From Thermoanaerobaculales bacterium (GTDB taxonomy: Bacteria > Acidobacteriota > Thermoanaerobaculia > Thermoanaerobaculales > Sulfomarinibacteraceae): a DNA stretch of 64,000 bases. The notes under the pieces are model-generated. The model did not search any database. It saw nothing but the letters and a program-made list of their open reading frames with translations, and had not been told where the DNA came from. Shown here piece after piece: positions 60,501-64,000 of this stretch. The DNA lies in contig JARFRM010000058.1 in assembly GCA_029287235.1 (NCBI GenBank), forward strand, positions 5,602 to 69,601, given 5' to 3'. The stretch's first letter is position 1. Each line of letters begins with the position of its first letter. The position numbers and the translations under genes were made by a program.

Positions 60501-63500
60501 GGCGGCGGTCTCGGAAACGCCGGGATCGGCGGTGACGTCGACTTGACGGCCGCCGGTGACATCACCCTCGCGGGGGTAGGTATCAACTCATCGGCGTTGT
60601 CGGAGGGTGGGTCTGCGGCCGGGGGGGGAAGCGTTCTGCTGGCATCGGCGACGGGCTCGGTGGATCTCGCCGGCGCGGACATCTCCGCAGGTGCGACCTC
60701 GACGACCGGTACCGCGGGCCCGGCCGGAGGCATCGGCATCAGCACCGGTCCCGGAGGCGCCATCGACGTCGGTAATCTCCTCGCCCACTCGTTCGCCGAG
60801 AATGGTGCGTCGACCGGTCCGGGCGGTGCCGTCACCATCAACACCGGTGATGCCCTCGGGCTCGGGGATGTCTACTCGTTCTCGAGGACCTCGACGGGTC
60901 TTGGGGGCGATGGCGGCGACGTCACGGTCGCCCTCGGAGGCTCGCTCGCGACCACGCCGAAGATCAGCACCATGAGCCGCGGCGCCACCGCGGCCGGGCA
61001 CGGCGGCGACGTCGTCGTCGATGTCGTCGGAGCGGCGAGCTTCGATTCCATCGACACTTCCACAAGGCTGACGGGCGACGGCGTTGCCCTGACCAGCGGC
61101 GATGTCAGCATCACAGTCCACAACCTGGGTGGTGGTGACGGTGGCGATGAGCTGGTGGTTGCGGCCATCTCGGCCGACGCCGGCGCGTGGACGGTGCCGA
61201 CGGCGACCGGGGTTGCGGGCGATGCCGGGACGGTGACCCTTACGACCGAGGACGGTCCAATCTACGTCAACGGTGCGGTCAACACATACAGCGGTGCGCG
61301 CGGCACGGCATCGAGCTGCGGTGCGGGAGGCGATGTCGTGATGACAGCGGTGGGCGGTGGCATCATCATCGGGGACGGCGGGATCAACGCCACTTCGATC
61401 ATCGGTGACGGCTCGCCGGGCACCGCCGGCCGAGGGGGCGACATCCGGCTCACCGCCGATCTCGGTGTCGTGCTGCCGTCGACGGTCAACGGCGACGGGC
61501 TGTGGACCACCTGCACCGCCAACGACGGGGTCGCCACGGGCGCCGGCGAGATCGAGGTACGCTCCCGCGGCGGCGCAGTCGATCTCGGAACCAAGTTCTT
61601 TGCCGCGCGGTCGGTGTCGGCCAACGGGACCGCGGGTCCCGGCGGAGTCGTCATCGTCAACGCCGCGGCCTTCATCACCGGTGGCGACATCGATGTGTCA
61701 TCGGTGTCGGTGACGGGCTCCGGCGGGCCGGCGGGCTATGTCGATGTCCGGGCGGGCGCCGACATCCTGCTGTCACGGATCCTCGGGACCTCCGAGGGTG
61801 CCGGCGGCATCTCGGACGGGGGTCTCTTCGTGGTCGACGCCGGCCGTCACCTGCGGCTTACGGGCGGGGCCATCGACCGGCCGACCGTCGACGCCACCGG
61901 TTTGCCGGGTGCGAGCTGGGTGGTGCTGTCCCACGGCGGAGGTGCGGTGGCCCCTTTCGTCGTCGGCGATGCGACGACCAACGGGTCGGCCTTCGACGTG
62001 GTCACCACCGAGGCCGTGCTGACGCCCTCGTCGGGCTATCCGCAGAGTCACTTCGAGGCGCCGAGTGTATGGGTTCTCGGGGACGAGCCGGCGCTGCTCG
62101 TCAACGAGCTCGACGTCGACCAGCCGGGGACGGATGCCGGCGAGTTCATCGAGCTCCTCAACCCATTTCCGTTCGACATGCCCATGGAGCTGACCAGCAT
62201 CGACGTCGTCGACGGGAGCGGCGGCTTTGCCGATGTCCTCTTCACTCCGGCGATCCGCGGAATGTCGATTCCGGCCTCGGGTCGGCTCGTGCTGTGCCCG
62301 ACCGGTTCGACCCTCCCCGTCTGTGACGCGTACGACGATTTCAGCCTGCCCGACGACGGGCCTGCGGCGGTGGCCGTCAGGTTGACCGGTATCCTCGAGG
62401 ACACCGTCAGCTACGAGGGCGACACCCCCGAGGGATACACGGAGGGCACCGGGGTCGGTATCGACGACCCGGGAGTCGAGGACTTCATGTCCTTCTCGCG
62501 GATCCCCGACGGTACCGACACCAACCACAATGCCAACGACGTCTCGCTGCGATGCGTCTCTCCCGGACTGCCGAACCTCGACGCCACGGCGGGATGCACC
62601 TCGACGGGTGGGCCGGGGCTGGGGGTGGTGTCGGCGACTCCATCGGTGCTCGACGAGGGATCGAGCGTGTTGGTCTCGGGCTCGTTCACCGAACCGCCGC
62701 CGACAGCGAGCCACACCGTGACAATCCTCTGGGGCGACGGCGCCACCACTGAGCTTCCGCTACCCGCGGGGACCACGACCTACAACGCGATGCACGTCTA
62801 CGACGACGACGAATTCGGCGCCGACGCCCCGGTGGACATCCGGGTGACGGTCAGCGATGGGCTCTCCACCGATGAGGGTTGGACCTCGGTCACGATTCTC
62901 AACGTGCCACCCACCGTCGACGCCGGGCCCGGCCAAATGGTGCTCGTCGGCGAGACGGTGGAGTTCAGCGGAGGTTTCACCGACCCGGGCGTTCTCGACA
63001 CCCACACCTGGGTGTGGAACTTCGGTGATGGTGGCAGCGACGACACAACACTCACGCCGACACACGTCTTCGCGGCGGCGGGGACCTACACGGTCACCCT
63101 CGACGTGGAGGACGACGATGGCGGTGTCGGCGCCGACTCGCTCTTCGTCGAGGTATCGCCGGCGCCGCCGCGTGTGGTCGGTCTCGACACCGTTGCCCGC
63201 GCCGGAAGCGGTGGCCTGTCGGATGGTGAGGGCCTTGGACACCCGGTGACCGTCTTCGAGGTGGCCTTCTCAAACGACATGCTCGACCCGTCGGGTTCGT
63301 CTTCGGCGGTGGACGTCACCAACCCGGGCAATTACCGGGTGGTCGGTTCGGGCCCCGACGGGACGGTCACGACCTTCAACTGCGATCCACCTTCAGGGGA
63401 CGACTACATTCTTCCCCTGGCGGGGGTCGAGTGGGACGGCCCGAGTCGGACGGCGGCGGCGAGGGTGGATGCCGACGGGAGTCTCGCTCTGGGAAGGTGG

Positions 63501-64000
63501 CGCCTGATCCTCTGTGCCGGCGGACTCTCCAGCGTTGACGGTGTCGCGCTCGACGGCGACGGCGACGGCTCCGGAGGCGACGATCTGCTGCTCGATTTCC
63601 GGGTGTTGCGGACCGATCTACTCACCAACCCCAACTTCGATCTCGCCCTTGCGGGGTGGACTGACGCGTCGCCGGCCGGCTCGGGCTTCGCGTTTGTCGC
63701 CGCGGATGGCGAAGGATCGTCCTGGTCCGGTTCCGCCCAGGCGACCAACACCTCGGGGCCCGGCGCTCATCTCGAGCTGAACCGTTGTGTCGAGCTGCCT
63801 TCGGAGGCGTCCTCGGGCATCACCCTGCGGGCATTGGTCAGGATGGACCCGGTTGCCGCCGACGGCTCACGCGCTGGTGCCGAGCTGAGCTTCTTCGCCG
63901 GTGTCGGCTGCACGGGCGCCGTCCTCGAGACGCGTGCGGCTTCGCCGTTGCTGGCCTCGACCGGTGGCGGGTTCATCCCCGTCACCTCGGCCGGACGACC
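57543..64000 (+). CDS. Giant secreted repeat protein (over 2152 aa, 3'-partial): Gly-rich beta-helix-like repeats, lamin-tail-like domain, two PKD-like domains
   Basis: Not in the ORF track. I translated frame 0 codon by codon from ATG 57543 (GGGAG upstream) to 64000 and found no stop. The sequence is coherent (MHSVDSRRPKTVVKSLLVAATLAG...; GNGGDVIVDARG-type repeats; LLVNELDVDQPGTDAGEFIELLN; HTWVWNFGDG...TYTVTLDVEDDDG). Confidence 0.85.
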   Translation, partial: MHSVDSRRPKTVVKSLLVAATLAGTILTTVGVGGVPIRGDADRIPISASGVVHAIASETPVELEIGRIDGVVVLGGVRAPGLRVTGGGPSTTVRVDGDINIDAMLEIEIDGHLEIDTSASGRRIRVEAGEGLSVAVSALRLADTPGAPVHLRSGGDLVLEGRDLIDVDALDDHATRIASGADLILRSARPVRGDAHWRAGRDLRIETLDGRPGNLVSPKDPVVLSTRNVTMGAYTGASLHILAGGSVATGAIEITGTDGAANTIGPGNTVAFNGTDTFADLADLVLSDGTPVVVDGAARATLDIRAGIDWSSFSGGPPVPDDRIVPGGSVSPTFSSPVASADIVLGSVVVTVAEGVVLLTNRYCPNAALTGAIETDGVSTLTNTDGSDGGDIWIDSKADVVVPELFSYSQSSTTGGASGSGGSVSVIADGDLVTTSVITLANSLNGTAGNGGAVSLRIGGTLVGNPTITASSWSQTGSGNGGDVIVDARGPMAVNGVYSESLITGTGTAGNGGAVSVLARAAGGVNGGEPLTVYEVVTGSGPVAGTGVVVASGNGGQVELRTEDGDVEVVTRISTASQAGSGVNPSGDGGDVFVTAVGGDIAIGLLWTDLGITTRTFAADGSTGNTGEGGDVTLTADGGIRITPGAPAGGVITSTTSDGGQAGRCGAFVAHAATGNIDLGFSGIQTDADGRAGVSGPAGPVGLTAGGSILTAFIDTSSIGRSGGSAAAGGTVTIAGGGSVSTGDVNAQSLVEDAGGSADHGGTVMITTSAGDLATGYVATTSVSAAGGGDSGAGGSIVISGPGDLHVNPGRSYGSGSISMSAVAGPGGDIEVTLGGAVTGLANVSSASVGETGGGTGGSLILNSTGPLALGSVRSNSSVRAAGAAGNGGAVQLISRGPAGGVSVAEVHSDSGCFYYFGADCAAATSGAVTLTAESGDVVVSDEILTHSIAKGVGNNTGDGGDVAISAPAGLITIGAGGIATRTECVGGGLGNAGIGGDVDLTAAGDITLAGVGINSSALSEGGSAAGGGSVLLASATGSVDLAGADISAGATSTTGTAGPAGGIGISTGPGGAIDVGNLLAHSFAENGASTGPGGAVTINTGDALGLGDVYSFSRTSTGLGGDGGDVTVALGGSLATTPKISTMSRGATAAGHGGDVVVDVVGAASFDSIDTSTRLTGDGVALTSGDVSITVHNLGGGDGGDELVVAAISADAGAWTVPTATGVAGDAGTVTLTTEDGPIYVNGAVNTYSGARGTASSCGAGGDVVMTAVGGGIIIGDGGINATSIIGDGSPGTAGRGGDIRLTADLGVVLPSTVNGDGLWTTCTANDGVATGAGEIEVRSRGGAVDLGTKFFAARSVSANGTAGPGGVVIVNAAAFITGGDIDVSSVSVTGSGGPAGYVDVRAGADILLSRILGTSEGAGGISDGGLFVVDAGRHLRLTGGAIDRPTVDATGLPGASWVVLSHGGGAVAPFVVGDATTNGSAFDVVTTEAVLTPSSGYPQSHFEAPSVWVLGDEPALLVNELDVDQPGTDAGEFIELLNPFPFDMPMELTSIDVVDGSGGFADVLFTPAIRGMSIPASGRLVLCPTGSTLPVCDAYDDFSLPDDGPAAVAVRLTGILEDTVSYEGDTPEGYTEGTGVGIDDPGVEDFMSFSRIPDGTDTNHNANDVSLRCVSPGLPNLDATAGCTSTGGPGLGVVSATPSVLDEGSSVLVSGSFTEPPPTASHTVTILWGDGATTELPLPAGTTTYNAMHVYDDDEFGADAPVDIRVTVSDGLSTDEGWTSVTILNVPPTVDAGPGQMVLVGETVEFSGGFTDPGVLDTHTWVWNFGDGGSDDTTLTPTHVFAAAGTYTVTLDVEDDDGGVGADSLFVEVSPAPPRVVGLDTVARAGSGGLSDGEGLGHPVTVFEVAFSNDMLDPSGSSSAVDVTNPGNYRVVGSGPDGTVTTFNCDPPSGDDYILPLAGVEWDGPSRTAAARVDADGSLALGRWRLILCAGGLSSVDGVALDGDGDGSGGDDLLLDFRVLRTDLLTNPNFDLALAGWTDASPAGSGFAFVAADGEGSSWSGSAQATNTSGPGAHLELNRCVELPSEASSGITLRALVRMDPVAADGSRAGAELSFFAGVGCTGAVLETRAASPLLASTGGGFIPVTSAGR

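Noticed and set aside
57272-63985. Many 60-330-aa ORFs on both strands (e.g. 58956..59960, 61773..62714, 61502..62326)
   Set aside because: All are in frames other than the uninterrupted frame 0 (57543 onwards), which encodes a coherent repeat/LTD/PKD protein. They are shadow ORFs of the giant gene.

Overview
GC-rich bacterial window from a diderm organism (it has two TonB-dependent receptors). It looks like an accessory or catabolic region and contains no rRNA, tRNA or CRISPR. All family names come from motif recognition by eye; no database search was run.

**1-36.3 kb: densely packed catabolic island.**
- Soluble enzymes: FAD-linked oxidase, several VOC/glyoxalase-fold proteins, nitroreductase, amidohydrolase-2, two MDR reductases and two family III CoA-transferases.
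- An HMG-CoA-lyase-like / LeuCD-like / CoA-transferase operon.
- Three MFS transporters.
- A TonB-dependent receptor next to a two-subunit Mo-bisMGD enzyme resembling pyrogallol-phloroglucinol transhydroxylase.
- A MarR regulator.
- Many enzyme-like proteins here carry signal peptides: two VOC proteins, three DUF1838-like paralogs, a DUF1330-SnoaL fusion and a CpcT-like protein.

**36.4-64 kb: envelope and secreted-protein region.**
- A DUF11 protein and beta-helix proteins.
- A divergent ECF sigma / anti-sigma pair facing a TPR-CHAT lipoprotein.
- A Cys-rich protein / TonB receptor / polyferredoxin cluster.
- A Y1 (RAYT-like) transposase flanked by 24-bp inverted repeats.
- A decayed IS91 transposase and two gene remnants.
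- A giant ORF (57543 to beyond 64000, 2152 codons with no stop). It is missing from the supplied ORF track because it has no stop codon in the window.

**Repeats.** At least five intergenic repeat families punctuate the window:
- 120-bp tandem hairpin units.
- Polypurine/polypyrimidine hairpins with hexamer arrays.
- A GGGTGGGCC..GGCCCACC composite.
- A 142-bp nested palindrome.
- Heptamer arrays.

Many long listed ORFs are antisense shadows of real genes, as expected at this GC content.
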